A stretch of 64,000 bases of DNA from Eledone cirrhosa (taxonomy: Eukaryota), in the NCBI GenBank assembly GCA_964016885.1, contig OZ024754.1:28768001-28832000 (forward strand). The letters run 5' to 3'. Every line of letters starts with the position of its first letter. The first letter of the stretch is position 1. Both the position numbers and the translations under genes were made by a program. The notes under the pieces are model-generated. The model made no database searches. It was not told where the DNA came from and worked only from the letters and a program-made list of their open reading frames with translations. Below are positions 1 through 13,044 of this stretch, one piece after another.

Positions 1-443
1 ACATATATATAGTTTATCATAAATCTTTCGTTGCACATCTGCAACATCGTCCTGTTGCACATCTGCAACATCCTCCTGTTGTGTTGTATGTCTACGCCAT
101 TATTTTTTCTTGTATATATATATATGTATATATAATATATATATATATATAGTATTAGTTATACTATTTATGGTTATGTAAATACAAAACCTTAAGCAGT
201 TGTAAGTATTTTACACACACCCTAAATAGTGGTAGGCAGTAATGTATTACTACCTTATTACCAGTAAGTTAAGTAGCTCAATGTAAAAAACATCACAACG
301 GGATGCAAACCCTCTAAATACCCACTGTAGCAAGCAACCATAGCAACGGCAGTAACAATAGAAATAACACTAGTATAAGTAATAACACCAGGGTTGTCAA
401 CCAGAACACCCAAAATCCTATATCCACCACACAGACTTCCGCA

Positions 444-908
444 TTGCATTATAACCAGCGGACTAACGCACAGAATAATTGTAACTGTAGAGCTAATAGA
501 ACCTGCCCTTTAGATAAAAAATGCCTAACCAAGGATGTCATATACTCATGCACAGTCACGACTAATAACTCTTCAGAAACCTATGTAGGCTCCACTTCTA
601 ACTGCTTCAAAATCAGATATAACTCGCACATCCACTCGTTCAAAAAGCACAGCCTAGCCAACTCCACCTCACTTTCTAGCTACATACACTATCTAAAATC
701 TAAAAATAAACCATACACACTCAAATGGGAAGTGATAGGCAGCGCGACCTCGTACAAACCACCTAATAAATTCTGTAACCTCTGTATACTAGAGACACAC
801 AATATTATCTTCTCCAACCGTAACCTACTTAACAAAAAATCTGAGGTGTTTGCAACTTGCCAGCACCGCCTCAGACATTCCTTCCAAAACTTTAAGCCCT
901 ATATATAG
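444..908 (+). mobile_element. Penelope-like element fragment, C-terminal GIY-YIG endonuclease
   Basis: ORF has Cys linker CNCRANRTCPLDKKC, VIYSC...YVGST (GIY-YIG), FKIRYNSH, CNLCILE and LLNKKSE...CQH, typical of PLE endonucleases; no RT visible upstream. Confidence 0.85.
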
Positions 909-1215
909 CAATGTCGGACTGGAACCTAACACCACATCTAGCATCAAACACCAGAGACACACCCTATACTACATACCCAACACTAGCTGATCCATTATAA
1001 CACAAACAACGACATCCCCCTGGAACCCTTCGCAGGGAAAATACCCATTTATACCTCTACGGCAGGTGTGACAACATCCACCCACTTGAACGGCACTACA
1101 CCGCTCTAAGGGTAATTTGAGCATGAATTGATCGGTTGGATGGTGTTGGGCAGAGGAAACACCTTCCTTAGACAGATGTAAAATGATTTAATCGAGTAGC
1201 GCTGTTGACCAGTAG

Positions 1216-1416
1216 NNNNNNNNNNNNNNNNNNNNNNNNNNNNNNNNNNNNNNNNNNNNNNNNNNNNNNNNNNNNNNNNNNNNNNNNNNNNNNNNNNNNN
1301 NNNNNNNNNNNNNNNNNNNNNNNNNNNNNNNNNNNNNNNNNNNNNNNNNNNNNNNNNNNNNNNNNNNNNNNNNNNNNNNNNNNNNNNNNNNNNNNNNNNN
1401 NNNNNNNNNNNNNNNG
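1216..1416. other. Assembly gap (N run)
   Basis: About 200 consecutive N. Confidence 1.
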
Positions 1417-1623
1417 GTGATATCTATGTGTACGTGTGTTTGGATGGTATCTATGTGTGTAGGTGTGTTTGGTGATATCTATGTGTGTACGTGTGTTTGG
1501 TGATATGTCTGTGTGTACGTGTGTTTGGTGATATGTATGTGTGTACGTGTGTTTGGATGATATCTATGTGTGTAGATGTGTTTGGTGATATGTATGTGTG
1601 TACGTGTGTTTGGTGATATCTAT
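1417..1623. repeat. ~28-30 bp minisatellite (tatgtgtgtacgtgtgtttggtgata)
   Basis: About 7 degenerate tandem units abutting the gap. Confidence 0.85.
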
Positions 1624-2059
1624 GCATATATCTATATAAGCTGAAATTCTACACATGCACTTGTGTATACCGCTATCTGTGATTGCCAATATACATTTCA
1701 TGAGTGTGTGTATATATACATACATACATACATATATATATATATATACTTGTATGTATATATACATATAGTTGTATATATATGTATATATATATATATA
1801 TAGTTGTATATATATATATACACACACAATGATATACCCGTGTACGGTTATGTTTAGTTATATTATTACATCATTAATAATAAATACGGTGACAGTCGTT
1901 TATCTAAGAAACCATATTATGTCTTTATTTCAACTTAACAGCATTCATTTTCCACTTCTTACTTTTACTTTTTTTCTCAATATATTTGTTGTTTAAATAC
2001 TTTGCACATTGTTCCGGCTTCAGAAACAATTGTTTCTTTTTTTGCGTTTACATTAAAAG

Positions 2060-2092
<33 letters not shown>

Positions 2093-2160
2093 CCACCCAC
2101 TCACACTTACATATACATATATTTATTAAAATAACAGATTAAAGTTAAATATTTATATAT

Positions 2161-2634
2161 ACTAGCAGAAAAACCACCCTTCGTGTGGTTTTCTGCTAGC
2201 ATGTGTAGTGTGAATATTGATATTATACGCAGGTATATATACATGTAGATATGATACATCAAATAAAATAGTAATTGACAATATATAATACACAGAAATT
2301 GAACGAAGACTGTGTTACACTGTCTTATGTAATCAGTAAAGTAATCCATGATACATTAAAAAAGACGATATTATATATAAACTGCATTAGGAGAAAATTA
2401 GTGACGGAAAATTAGTATGTTTATTTAAGCGATCGCCACCGGAAGTGTTGACATTTCAGAAATTTTAAAGAAGTGAATCTTTAAATAAACAAAATATATT
2501 TAATGAACAGCCACGAAATAGATAAATTATGTAATATTCATTCATTATTTATTCAAAGTAATCCAACTTATTTTACAAACGGGATAAAAAAATAAATAAA
2601 CCGTACGCAGTCCTTCCTTTATTATAGTTTAGAT
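2161..2634 (+). mobile_element. Possible non-autonomous Helitron/Helentron-like element
   Basis: Starts ACTAGCAG with a strong hairpin (ctagcagaaaaaccac...gtggttttctgctag) and ends ...ttttattatagtttagatt, resembling Lep1/DINE-type termini. Confidence 0.4.
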
Positions 2635-3147
2635 TATCCTTATCCTCTTCGGATTTTAGATTTCACATTTATTTTTATTACTATATATAGCCCCCCCCCC
2701 CCCCCCCCCCACACACACACTCTCAAGCGTGAAACTAATATTAACATTTGTACTGCCTCTTCACTTCCAAGTTGTTTTTTTGTTTACTGTCTCAACTATT
2801 ATATATATATATATGATAATAAGGGCGCTGCGGAGTTACAAATGGGTTACATATGAAAAGAGTTTGTCCTTCATCAGTGATCTTCCAACCATCATAGGCA
2901 TTTCATCGCTTTAAAGACCATATACCTCCGGTTGGTGCGAGCAACGGCTAAAAAAAGTCGTTGGGACACGTAAATAAAGGGGACGCGAGGGTAAACAAAC
3001 AAAATGGTGAAGCAACAGAAAGTGAGGATATATATATACAAATAAGATTCAGCGAGAATCGCATTTTCAGCGGGCAGGAAAAGCGAAGCGAAACGCAAAC
3101 ATCAGAAATGATACTGGCAAAGTGCTCAATAGTTAAAAACAAGAGAT

Positions 3148-3206
3148 ACAGTCGTCTGCACGTGTATAAACGTAAACATATATCCACATGCACGGACGGA
3201 CATACA

Positions 3207-3257
<51 letters not shown>

Positions 3258-3335
3258 GCACAAGCGCATGATATATATTATTATATATACGCAGACACAC
3301 ATACATACGTATATACATACATATACACTTATACA

Positions 3336-3409
<74 letters not shown>

Positions 3410-3717
3410 AATATGGTTTTATAAATATAGTTTCCATTTATTTAATATCATTGTATATGTGTGTGTATATATACACACACACACACATATACAATGATAT
3501 TAAATAAATGGAAACTATATTTATAAAACCATATTTATTCTATATATATATATATATATATATATCCTGTATAAGTGTATATGTATATACGTACGTATGT
3601 GTGTGTATATATAATAATATTTATCATGCGCTTGTGAGTGTATGTATATATATATGAGTGTATGTCCGTCCGTGCATGTGGATATATGTTTACGTTTATA
3701 CACGTGCAGACGACTGT
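3148..3717. repeat. ~570 bp imperfect palindrome centred near 3470
   Basis: acagtcgtctgcacgtgtataaacg... at 3148 is the reverse complement of ...cacgtgcagacgactgt at 3717; inner arms 3405-3455 and 3490-3543 match the element at 43438-43773. Confidence 0.9.
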
Positions 3718-4849
3718 TTATGTGTGTATAATTAGTGTATACTCAGTTAAACCACACCTCCATCTATTCATCACGCTGGGAGATAGAACTGTGAAAGTAA
3801 CGAACTGGAATACAATGTAAACGGGAAGCTAGAAAAGTACCCAGTCACGCATACAACCCCCTCCCCCCACACACATATTCACGTCACACGTGCTCACTTG
3901 CCTGCACGCACACTCACATAGAAGCGCGAATGTTCATGCGCATCCGCATCCACTTTGCACGCACTACACTCGAGCACACGCCCGTTTGCACGCACTTTAC
4001 GCTCGATCACACGCACGCTGACGCCAACCTGATACACAGTTGTTGAATGCGCTGCGCACTCAGTCACACGGAGAAAACATGTTGTTCATGAAAACATACA
4101 CACCGTCAACCGTAAACACACACACACACGCATGCACGCACACAGACACACAGACACACACACACACGTATTTTCTCCGCTCTTAACTTTCATTTTCGGT
4201 TCAACTTTATTTTCGCCTGTTACAATTAAAATGAAACTTTCTATTTGTGTATTTAGGTGGTGAAGGTTTATATTTAGGGTCAAGGAAGGGGATGGCAATG
4301 ACAGGTTATATAATCGAGACTCGGATAGACAAGGAAAAAAGTTGTCCTCAGTGGGATTTGAACTCAATACATAATGAGCTGGTAGGAGAATAGAACTTGC
4401 TAATTGTTGGTTATGGTTTGGCCGTGGTGCGCCCCTGCTCGACAGATATGAACTGTGCAGCTGTGACTTAAATCGGCTAAAGTTTTATAGTCAGTGCAGA
4501 TAAGTTCATACACATAGACAGCTAAATACACCCATATACACACAAACACATGCACACACATAGATATATATACACTGCAGAGATGTCGTTGTCGTTATAC
4601 CGATGTTTAGTAATTCCTCTCAGTATGAGGTGTCTGTGAATTTACTTGTCTTGACGCATATGGCATTGTTCCCCTCCTACTCACTATTTTAACATTACAT
4701 TCCCTCTTCCCTACCTTAGCAATCACCTCCGCTGTTTCTGTTGATAACATCTCTTGTTTTTACTCTGCTTGGCTGCCAGTTACAACTTATGCACATGCCA
4801 CCCACTCATAGCCTGTCATCATTGTTATTACTAGAGCGACAGACACCAT

Positions 4850-5190
4850 GCTTGATGGCATAGCATTATGGCTTTTTACCTTCTGAGTTGTAATCCCACC
4901 GAGGTTAACTTTGTCTTTCATCATTATGGGGTCGATAAAATAAACCAGTAATGCACTGGGGTAATTGCTGGCCTTCTACCATGCGGTGGATTAGCAGTAT
5001 CTGTAAAGCGTCGGAGGACGATATCCTTTGCGGTATTTAGTTACGACTTTCTGCATTCTGAGTTCAAATCCCGCCACGGTTAGCTTTGCCTTTCATCCTT
5101 ACGGGTGTCGAGAAAATAAACTACCAGTGATGCACTGAGGTCGATTTAATCAACTTTCCCCTCACCACAAAATTGTTGGTCATGTGCCTA
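4850..5190 (+). mobile_element. Two tandem degenerate Deu/Nin-domain-like SINE copies
   Basis: gagttcaaatcccgcc B-box followed by ctttgcctttcatccttacggg-tcgataaaataaa-taccagt core, twice. Confidence 0.75.
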
Positions 5191-5414
5191 AACCACCACC
5201 ATCACCATCAGTATAGCCTCTGTTGAGTTGTTTTGCAGTTTTTATTCCAACTTATTAGGTTCTGAATTCGAATCTCGCCTCAGTAAACTTGGCCATAGTT
5301 AGCCAGTCCAAGGATGATGAAGAAAAAAGTGGTGTGACGTGGGCAGAGCTAGTTTAGTGGCCCTCTACCGACATTGTGTCCTCATAATTGTCTTAAAACA
5401 TCATATCTTTAGAT

Positions 5415-5602
5415 AATTGTTTCTACTTTAGGCACAAGGCCAGCAATTACTCAGTGCATTACTGGTACTTTATTTTATCGACCCCGTAAGGATAAAAGGC
5501 AAAGTCAACCTCGGCGGGATTTGAACTCAGATCGTAAAGGGACGTAACTATGCTGGAAAGCATGGCGTCCGACCCTCTACCGATACTGCCAATCCACCGC
5601 CC
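5415..5602 (-). mobile_element. Deu/Nin-domain-like SINE
   Basis: Reverse complement of the family seen at 11787-11976. Confidence 0.8.
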
Positions 5603-6091
5603 TTCATATTTTTAAATAATACTTTGCATAAATACGCGGTTTGTGATTGTGTTGATAATTTAACAATGCATATATTTTCATATAATTTTTACCCTACATA
5701 TACTTACATCTATTAATGCCTTCATTTACTTAAAACATTAGGTTGTTTAATTTCCTGTTGATAATGAATAATATCACACACATGCACGCACGCACACACA
5801 CTCACACACACACCAATTAGAAGTAGTTAAGACGGGGTTACTTCACCATAATTGCTTTATTGCATGATATATATTTTTTGTTACATGTTTATGCATGCGA
5901 CTTCATCAGATGCTCATGCAACCATAGGTGTAGTTATGCAATCATGGGGCTATGTCACTGATCATGTATTACCATTCTGTTGTGATACCAGCAGTTATAT
6001 ATAAATAAATCAGGACGGATATAGTTTGAAATTGGTTAGACTATTACTGAACAGAGTACTCGATACTTGGGCGAGTAGAGTATGGATATAT

Positions 6092-6203
6092 TATAGTCTG
6101 GACCTGATGGCTGAGCATTTGCTGTTTCAACAGCTAGTTCCAGACTCAAACTGGACCTAACTGTTGAAACGGCAAGAGCTCAGCCGTCCGGGTCCCGACT
6201 ATA
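6092..6203. repeat. Imperfect palindrome carrying a hammerhead 3' half (GAAACGGC-aagagctca-GCCGTC)
   Basis: Arms tatagtc-ggacctgatggctgagc...ttcaacag and ctgttgaaacggc...gggtcccgactata; related copy at 43896-44112. Confidence 0.65.
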
Positions 6204-6274
6204 TGAAGTTTCCGTTGAAAATTGAAAAAGTCATAGGAGTGAAGAGTGCTCTATGTAAGTTACAGAGCTAAATT

Positions 6275-6475
6275 TAATGTATAATAAACAATACAATATA
6301 ATTACCTCATTACCAGAGGTTTCCCGAATAAGACGAATACAAGAAACGTCCTCATTCGTTCGTCAGACAAGACAATTCCTTGTCTGACGAACGAATGAGG
6401 ACGTTTCTTGTATTCGTCTTATTCAGGAAACCTCTGGTAATGAGGTAATTATATTGTATTGTTTATTATACATTA
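6275..6475. repeat. 200 bp near-perfect palindrome (inverted PLE terminal-repeat fragment)
   Basis: About 96-bp arms with one mismatch, around a short acaattc loop at ~6375. Confidence 0.9.
6378..6445 (+). ncRNA. Type I hammerhead ribozyme (predicted)
   Basis: Stem I CCTTGT/ATGAGG, core CTGACGA (6384-6390), stem II GAATGAGGACG/CGTCTTATTC, GAAA, stem III ACC-tct-GGT, cleavage triplet GUA 6437-6439. Confidence 0.7.
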
Positions 6476-6484
6476 TATATATGG

Positions 6485-6912
6485 AATGTCAGTATCGGTA
6501 GAGGTTCGGGCGCCATGCTTTGACGCATAGTTACGGCCCTTGCTATTCTGAGTTCAAATCCTGCCGAGGTTAACTTTGCCTTTCATCCTTATGGGGGTCG
6601 ATAAAATAAAGTACCAGTAATACACTGGGTAATTGCTGGCCTTGTGCCAAAAGTAGAAACAATTATATATATATATATATATATATATAAGAGAGAGAGA
6701 GAGTTGTCAGAATAGGTAGAGTGTCGGACAACATGCTATGCAGCACATAGTTCTGGCCTTTTACGTTCTGAGTTCAAATTTCGCAGAGGTTAGCTTTGTC
6801 TAACCTCCTTCAGGGCTCGATAAAACAGAGTACCAGTAATGCACTGGTGTTGATTTAATCGACCATTTCTTCCCGAGAAATTATTGGCTCTGTGTCCACA
6901 TTAGAAATCATT
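6485..6912 (+). mobile_element. Two tandem Deu/Nin-domain-like SINE copies
   Basis: 6485-6665 and 6705-6912 match the family consensus, ending ...aaagtagaaacaatta. Confidence 0.8.
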
Positions 6913-7401
6913 ACTGCTATCGTTGTTGTTGTTGTTGTTGCAGTTGTTGAAATGTCACATTTGATATACACATCTGATTATATATCTTACAAACGAACAT
7001 GCGCAGTGGACTGCTGTTGCACTGCCGCTGCTGCTACTACTGCTGTTGCTGTAGTTAGTGTTGGGCATATGCAGCGGCAACTTGTACCTGTGTGTACGTG
7101 TGTGTGATTTTGTGTAGTTAAATATTGACGTAGTGGTACATATCGTTTGCAGCTGCACACACACACACACACACACAGTGTTGTATATATATATTTGCAT
7201 GTATTTACACACACGCGTGTGTATGCGTATACAGAGAAAGAGAGGTAGAGAGAGAAATACAAACATTGGCAAGCTCACGCCAGCACGTGTGTGTGTGTGT
7301 GTGTGTGTGTGTCTGTTTGTGCGTGCGTGCGTGGGTCTGTCTTAGTATGTGAACCGTTAACGTATATATTCAACTAATTACTCGATACTTGGAAAAGTAG
7401 A

Positions 7402-7434
<33 letters not shown>

Positions 7435-7675
7435 GGGAGAGAGAGAGGGGGGGGGGGTGCAGTCATCATCCAACAACTGCCGTTCTCTCTAAATGGCCAT
7501 TTGTTGATATGGTTTATTTACATCTCCTGCACGTGGTTTATGAATGATTTTGTAAAAGTGAAAGTAAGTTTACAGAGACTGTCCTCCCTCTTTCTGTCTC
7601 TGTCCCCCTCCCCTCTCTCTTTCCACATCCTCTCTCTCTCTCCCGCCCTTTTCTCTCTCTCCCGCCCTTCTCTCT

Positions 7676-7765
<90 letters not shown>

Positions 7766-7800
7766 ATATAAGATCAAAAGATGGTTAAAAGAGTTCCGTG

Positions 7801-7871
7801 TATTTTATTATGCGCATTTCAAAAACAAATATCATCATGAGATGATACTTGCGTTCTCATCAGATAAAATA
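7801..7871 (-). ncRNA. Type I hammerhead ribozyme (predicted, complete)
   Basis: Minus strand reads TATTTTAT CTGATGA GAACGCAAGTATCATC tcat GATGATATTTGTTTTT GAAA TGCGCA TA ATAAAATA: 8-bp stem I, 16-bp stem II, palindromic stem III ATGCGCAT, AUA site. Confidence 0.8.
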
Positions 7872-8989
7872 GGGAGACATGATATGAAGTTTAAAAAACA
7901 CTTGCGAGCAGTGAAGTGTTAAATCTACATATTATTATATATTATATTATTTATACTCCAGTCCTATAAACTGTTGAGTGCTACTTATCCGATATTTGCA
8001 TTGCTTTATTGTGCTACAATAAAACTCACCTCCTACATATATATATATATATATGTGTGTGTGGGTGTGTGTGTATGCATGCGGAGGGGGTGTATCTATC
8101 TTTATATATACATAACATATATATTCATGGTGTCACCCTTATATAACTAAATAAGCTACCACATATTTTCTCCAATTCCTTAAAACCAACACACACACAC
8201 ACATATACTCACTCACCCCACACCCACCTCCACCCCCCACACCCACCTCCACCCCCCACACACACATTCTTTATTTTGTCCGAAAACAATTGACCATACA
8301 CTACAGTACTTTCCAAACAACACTCTCTCGTCTAGAATAATGGCCCCCACTCCGTTTATTAATGTTAGATGGCATCATTCGTTCAACAATTAATTTTCTT
8401 TAGACAACGAAGAACATTACTAGGAACCCTGTTACAAAATAAATAGGATGGGTTGGGGTCTAACAATGTAAACTTAACTCCTTCTAGTTTTTAAAGAACT
8501 CAACAGTTCCAGCCTAGAGATATTGCCCCCCCCCCCCATATTTCCCCTCTCCCCTCCCCCATATTCTCCCCCCTCCCCGACTTCTCGCTCCTCCCACTTA
8601 TTATTTGTGCGTGTCACCTGTGCTGTTGTGACCAGATGTATAGGCGCCTGTTGGTGTGCGTGTGTGTGTGTGTGTCTTTGTGTGTGTGTCTGTATGTATG
8701 TGTGTGTGTCTGTAGGTATGTGTGCGTGTCTGTGTGTGTGTGTGTGTCTCTGTATGTGTGCGTGTCTCTGTGTGTGTGTATGTATGTGTGTGAGTCTGTG
8801 TATGTATGTATGTGTGTAGAGATATATTATAGTTACACAACACATGTTTCCTTTGAAGATTTATAGCATGTGATTATATTTGTATACATGTGTTTTTAAG
8901 ATTATACACATGTATATTTATCACTATATACATATATATATGTGTGTGTGTGTGTGTCTATAATGTGTCTGTGTGCGTGCGTGTGTGTA

Positions 8990-9092
<103 letters not shown>

Positions 9093-9214
9093 GGAGAAAT
9101 TTGAAATTTCATTTCTCACTCTTAGTACGGCTGATTTTTAAATATAAGTATGTATACGTACATACATATATGTGTACAGACGTACAGGAGTATGTATATA
9201 TATATACATACATG

Positions 9215-9249
<35 letters not shown>

Positions 9250-9784
9250 GTACGTATGGGTTTACCGAACATTTATTATAATGCTCGGTTTGCTTGTAAA
9301 CAAACAGCCTGAATTATTAGCCGTACAGTGTGTTCGGCAACCACCGTTGCCATTTTGTTCAACATTGACAAAGGAACGATGAACTAGTTTCTAGCTTATT
9401 AGATGTCATCAGCACCGTATGCCTTCCGGTTTATATATATATATACACACACACATGAGAAAAACCACAAACCCTCTATTTCAATTTTACTTTTGAAAAG
9501 TATAAGAACTGTGAAACGAGTAAAGGAAATAAATAAATATTCTTAAAAAGACTCCAGCTGCATTTTCAATTTCTTTTCTTTAGCTGATTACTTCTTTTGT
9601 TACTTTGGTATTGTATGGTTGGGTTTTGCCTAACGCAATTTCCAGTTTGTCAAGCTATTTAAACGTATGTTATTACTCTAAGGACCTACCCTTATTGAGT
9701 GCTTTGCAAACTCATTCCTTATTGTAGGTCGACTTTGCTTGGCCACAGCCAAAGCTTCGATTTTACTAAGCTTCCAGTTGTATG

Positions 9785-9908
<124 letters not shown>

Positions 9909-9914
9909 TGTATG

Positions 9915-10046
<132 letters not shown>

Positions 10047-10131
10047 TGTATGTATATATATATATATATATTATATATATATATAGAGAGTGAGAGAGAG
10101 ATATGTATGTATATATATATATATTATATAC

Positions 10132-10162
<31 letters not shown>

Positions 10163-10236
10163 TGTATATATATATATATATAATATATATATATAGAGAG
10201 AGATGTATGTATATATATATTATATATATTATATAC

Positions 10237-10271
<35 letters not shown>

Positions 10272-10419
10272 TGTATATATATATATATATATTATATATA
10301 TATATATAATATATATATATAGAGAGAGATGTATGTATATGCCAACACAAGAGCAAGAATGACTGTCATTCTACTTACATGGCTTAAAGAAGCTGTTTGC
10401 ATAATTACAAACGATTCAA

Positions 10420-10582
10420 GGACGCTATGCTTTGACGCATTGAGTTACGGCCCTTGCTATTCTGAGTTCGAATCGCGCCGATGTTAACTTTGCCTTTCAT
10501 CCTTACGGGGTCGATAAAATAAAGTGCCAGTAATACACTGGGTTATTGCTGGCCTTGTGCAAAAAAAGTAGAAATAATTATT
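10420..10582 (+). mobile_element. Deu/Nin-domain-like SINE, 5' truncated
   Basis: Family core gttaactttgcctttcatccttacggggtcgataaaataaagt. Confidence 0.8.
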
Positions 10583-10774
10583 AATATTCGAATAGCTCAG
10601 ATTTACATTTCTTGTATTGAGGCATGGAGAGCGATAAAAGTATTTGTTATATATATATATATATATAGGAACGAGTAGGACCCCGACGGCTGAGCTCAAG
10701 CCGTTTCGACGGCTAATTCAGTACTTTGGTGCGTTTGGTGCGTTATGGTCCACCTGCTTACCACATTTCCTTCG

Positions 10775-10838
<64 letters not shown>

Positions 10839-10840
10839 AG

Positions 10841-10944
10841 TAAGTCAAACATGTTAAATTTGGCTTCGTTTATTATAAATTCTCTGAAATATATATAGCA
10901 GAGAATTTATAATAAACGAAGCCAAATTTAACATGTTTGACTTA
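10841..10944. repeat. Perfect inverted repeat, 46-bp arms and 12-nt loop
   Basis: taagtcaaacatg...ttctctg and cagagaa...catgtttgactta. Confidence 0.9.
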
Positions 10945-11248
10945 TTTTACATCACTACGGAGTAAACAAACCAACCTGCGTACTTCGTCGAGTGCTCCAA
11001 CCTGCATATTGGGGTGCCGGTAAACAACCAACACATACTCAAAATAAATATATATATTTATATATATAAATAGCGGTCGAAACGGCTTGAGCTCTGCCGT
11101 CGGGGTCTTGACTATTTTCCTATATGTATATATATTTAAATATATATATACACACACACATGCACACACCTATATATATATACATATATATATATTGAAA
11201 GAGTGAAGCATAACATGGTCAACAGTACAAAAAGGGGTTTTATTTACA

Positions 11249-11354
11249 TTCTAACAATTGTTTCACTGATTAAGTTGTCTAAAAAATGCTGAACACTTGA
11301 AGCTGTGCCACTCAATTTTAAATACGTTGTTAGCTTAACCAGATCATCAGAGAA
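11249..11354 (-). ncRNA. Type I hammerhead ribozyme with extended stem II (predicted)
   Basis: Minus: TTCT CTGATGA T CTGGTTAAG...(~60 nt)...CTTAATCAG T GAAAC AATT GTT AGAA; palindromic stem III AACAATTGTT; its 5' part is duplicated inverted (palindrome 11316-11390). Confidence 0.65.
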
Positions 11355-11527
11355 ACTGATGATCTGGTTAAGCTAACAACGTATTTAAAACAGCTTTCTT
11401 CTATTACTTTATTCTATTTTATTTGTCATCCTTTGTCCTTTATATATTTCTACTCATTGTGCCTATTTTCTGAAATACTTATCACTCATTTATCAAATAT
11501 TTCACAATACTTCATATTAACTATACT

Positions 11528-11602
<75 letters not shown>

Positions 11603-11646
11603 ACTGGGGACAAAGAATCAGAATTGCATTATGTACATATCTAATT

Positions 11647-11738
11647 ACATATTACATATGTTTCACTGCCGATCAGCTTGAGGAACGATCGATTAATTAT
11701 CAATTCTGACTCTGGAATCGGGATCTCCTCAGATATGT
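11647..11738 (-). ncRNA. Hammerhead-like motif, stem II base degenerate
   Basis: Minus: ACATAT CTGAGGA ...CCGAT...ATCGG... GAAAC ATAT GTA ATATGT; enclosed by 20-bp inverted repeats ataataactggg(g/a)acaaaga at ~11597 and ~11779. Confidence 0.55.
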
Positions 11739-11786
11739 GTTCTCACATGTAGACACATGTCTTTGTTCCCAGTTATTATTATTATT

Positions 11787-11976
11787 GTGGATTGGCAGTA
11801 TCAGTAGAGGGTCGGACGCCATGCTTTGACGCATAGAGTTACGGCCCTTGCCATTCTGAGTTCAAATCCCGCCGAGGTTAACTTTGCCTTTCATCCTTAT
11901 GGGGTCGATAAAATAAAGTACCAGTAATACACTGGGTAATTGCTGGCCTTGTGCCAAAAGTAGAAACAATTATTAT
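11787..11976 (+). mobile_element. Deu/Nin-domain-like SINE, near full length, (ATT)n tail
   Basis: A-box-like ttggcagtatcagtag, B-box gagttcaaatccc, core gcctttcatccttatggggtcgataaaataaagtaccag. Confidence 0.85.
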
Positions 11977-12209
11977 TGATACTCTGCTCCCCATGAGCAT
12001 TGAGTGCTCATCTTGGCATGCCGCAATTCATTTGCACCTCTACTACCTATCTATATATATATATATATATACACTTACACCTCTCCAAGACAATGTCACT
12101 GGACCGAGATATTTGGCGCTATGCAGTAAAACAGAAGACCCGCCTTGCCTAAGTGCAAAGCGAAACCTACAGTCAGTAGGCACCTGTTAACCAAAATATA
12201 CCCCCATCC

Positions 12210-12548
12210 CGATACCCCCACCCCATCCACACCACCCCTTTCGATGTAAAGCTATGTTGGTACCACAACATCCAGTCCTAAATTTATGAGGTCGTGTAGG
12301 TGTCACGACAAAAAGAAAACACCCAGTCCACGCTGTAATGTAGCCGTGTAGGTAACACGGTAAAAACCTCCCAGTCCACACTGTAAACGTAGTTGGTGTT
12401 AGGAAGGGCATCCAGCCGTAGAAAACCCGCCAGACAGTCCTATACGAACAAGACAACCAATCTTGCCTCAAGTAGGAAAATTCCGGTCCAAACCCATGCT
12501 AGCGTGGAAGATAGACCGTTAAACAATGATGATGATGATGATGATGAT
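12210..12548 (+). mobile_element. Meta-domain-like segment with RTE-type tail (GAT)n
   Basis: ttggtgttaggaagggcatccagccgtagaaa ... acccatgctagcgtggaag ... gatgatgat; similar to 28820-29130. Confidence 0.7.
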
Positions 12549-13044
12549 ATATATATAAACACACACTCTCGTACAAATGATGATGATGAAAATGATTATA
12601 TATATATATTGGTTAAAGAAATGACAACTGAAATACAGGACTGCTGAAGTTTGATGTTTTTTACTGTTTTTCATATTTTAATATTAGTTCTTTGTTTGAT
12701 TTGGAACAATGGCGTTTCTGAACCCTTAACTATATTAATGTTCAGAAACCTTCAGAATAAGAACGGTAATATTAGTAGCATATTATTCACATGCTTTGCA
12801 CTGGCTGCAAAGAATCATGGAAGTATGAATAATATAATAGAAGACAGATTTGAAAATTATTCAATGCTTTTAATATAGCATGTTTGAAAGAAAAGATGTT
12901 GGCAATTTATATAAATATATCTACCTACATATGTCTATCTATCTGTTTATCTCTCTCTCTCCCTCCCTCTATCTTTATCTATCACTATCTATATCCATAT
13001 ATCTGTCTGTCTATCCATCTATGAATCAATCCATCCTCCTACCT

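Noticed and set aside
15-80. Hammerhead-like fold on minus strand in a ~25-bp tandem duplication
   Set aside because: Stem II and GAAA present but the core reads AGGACGA and there is no stem I
5882-5916. CTGATGA motif on minus strand (also 2872-2878)
   Set aside because: No intact GAAA or stem I pairing; too decayed to call
6990-7090. Possible poly-Q/A coding exon
   Set aside because: Explained by (GCT/GTT)n repeats; no recognisable domain or convincing splice context
11787-11976. Deu/Nin-like SINE as partner of the Dong/R4-like LINE
   Set aside because: SINE tail is (ATT)n on its sense strand while the LINE has (TAA)n; no shared 3' sequence seen
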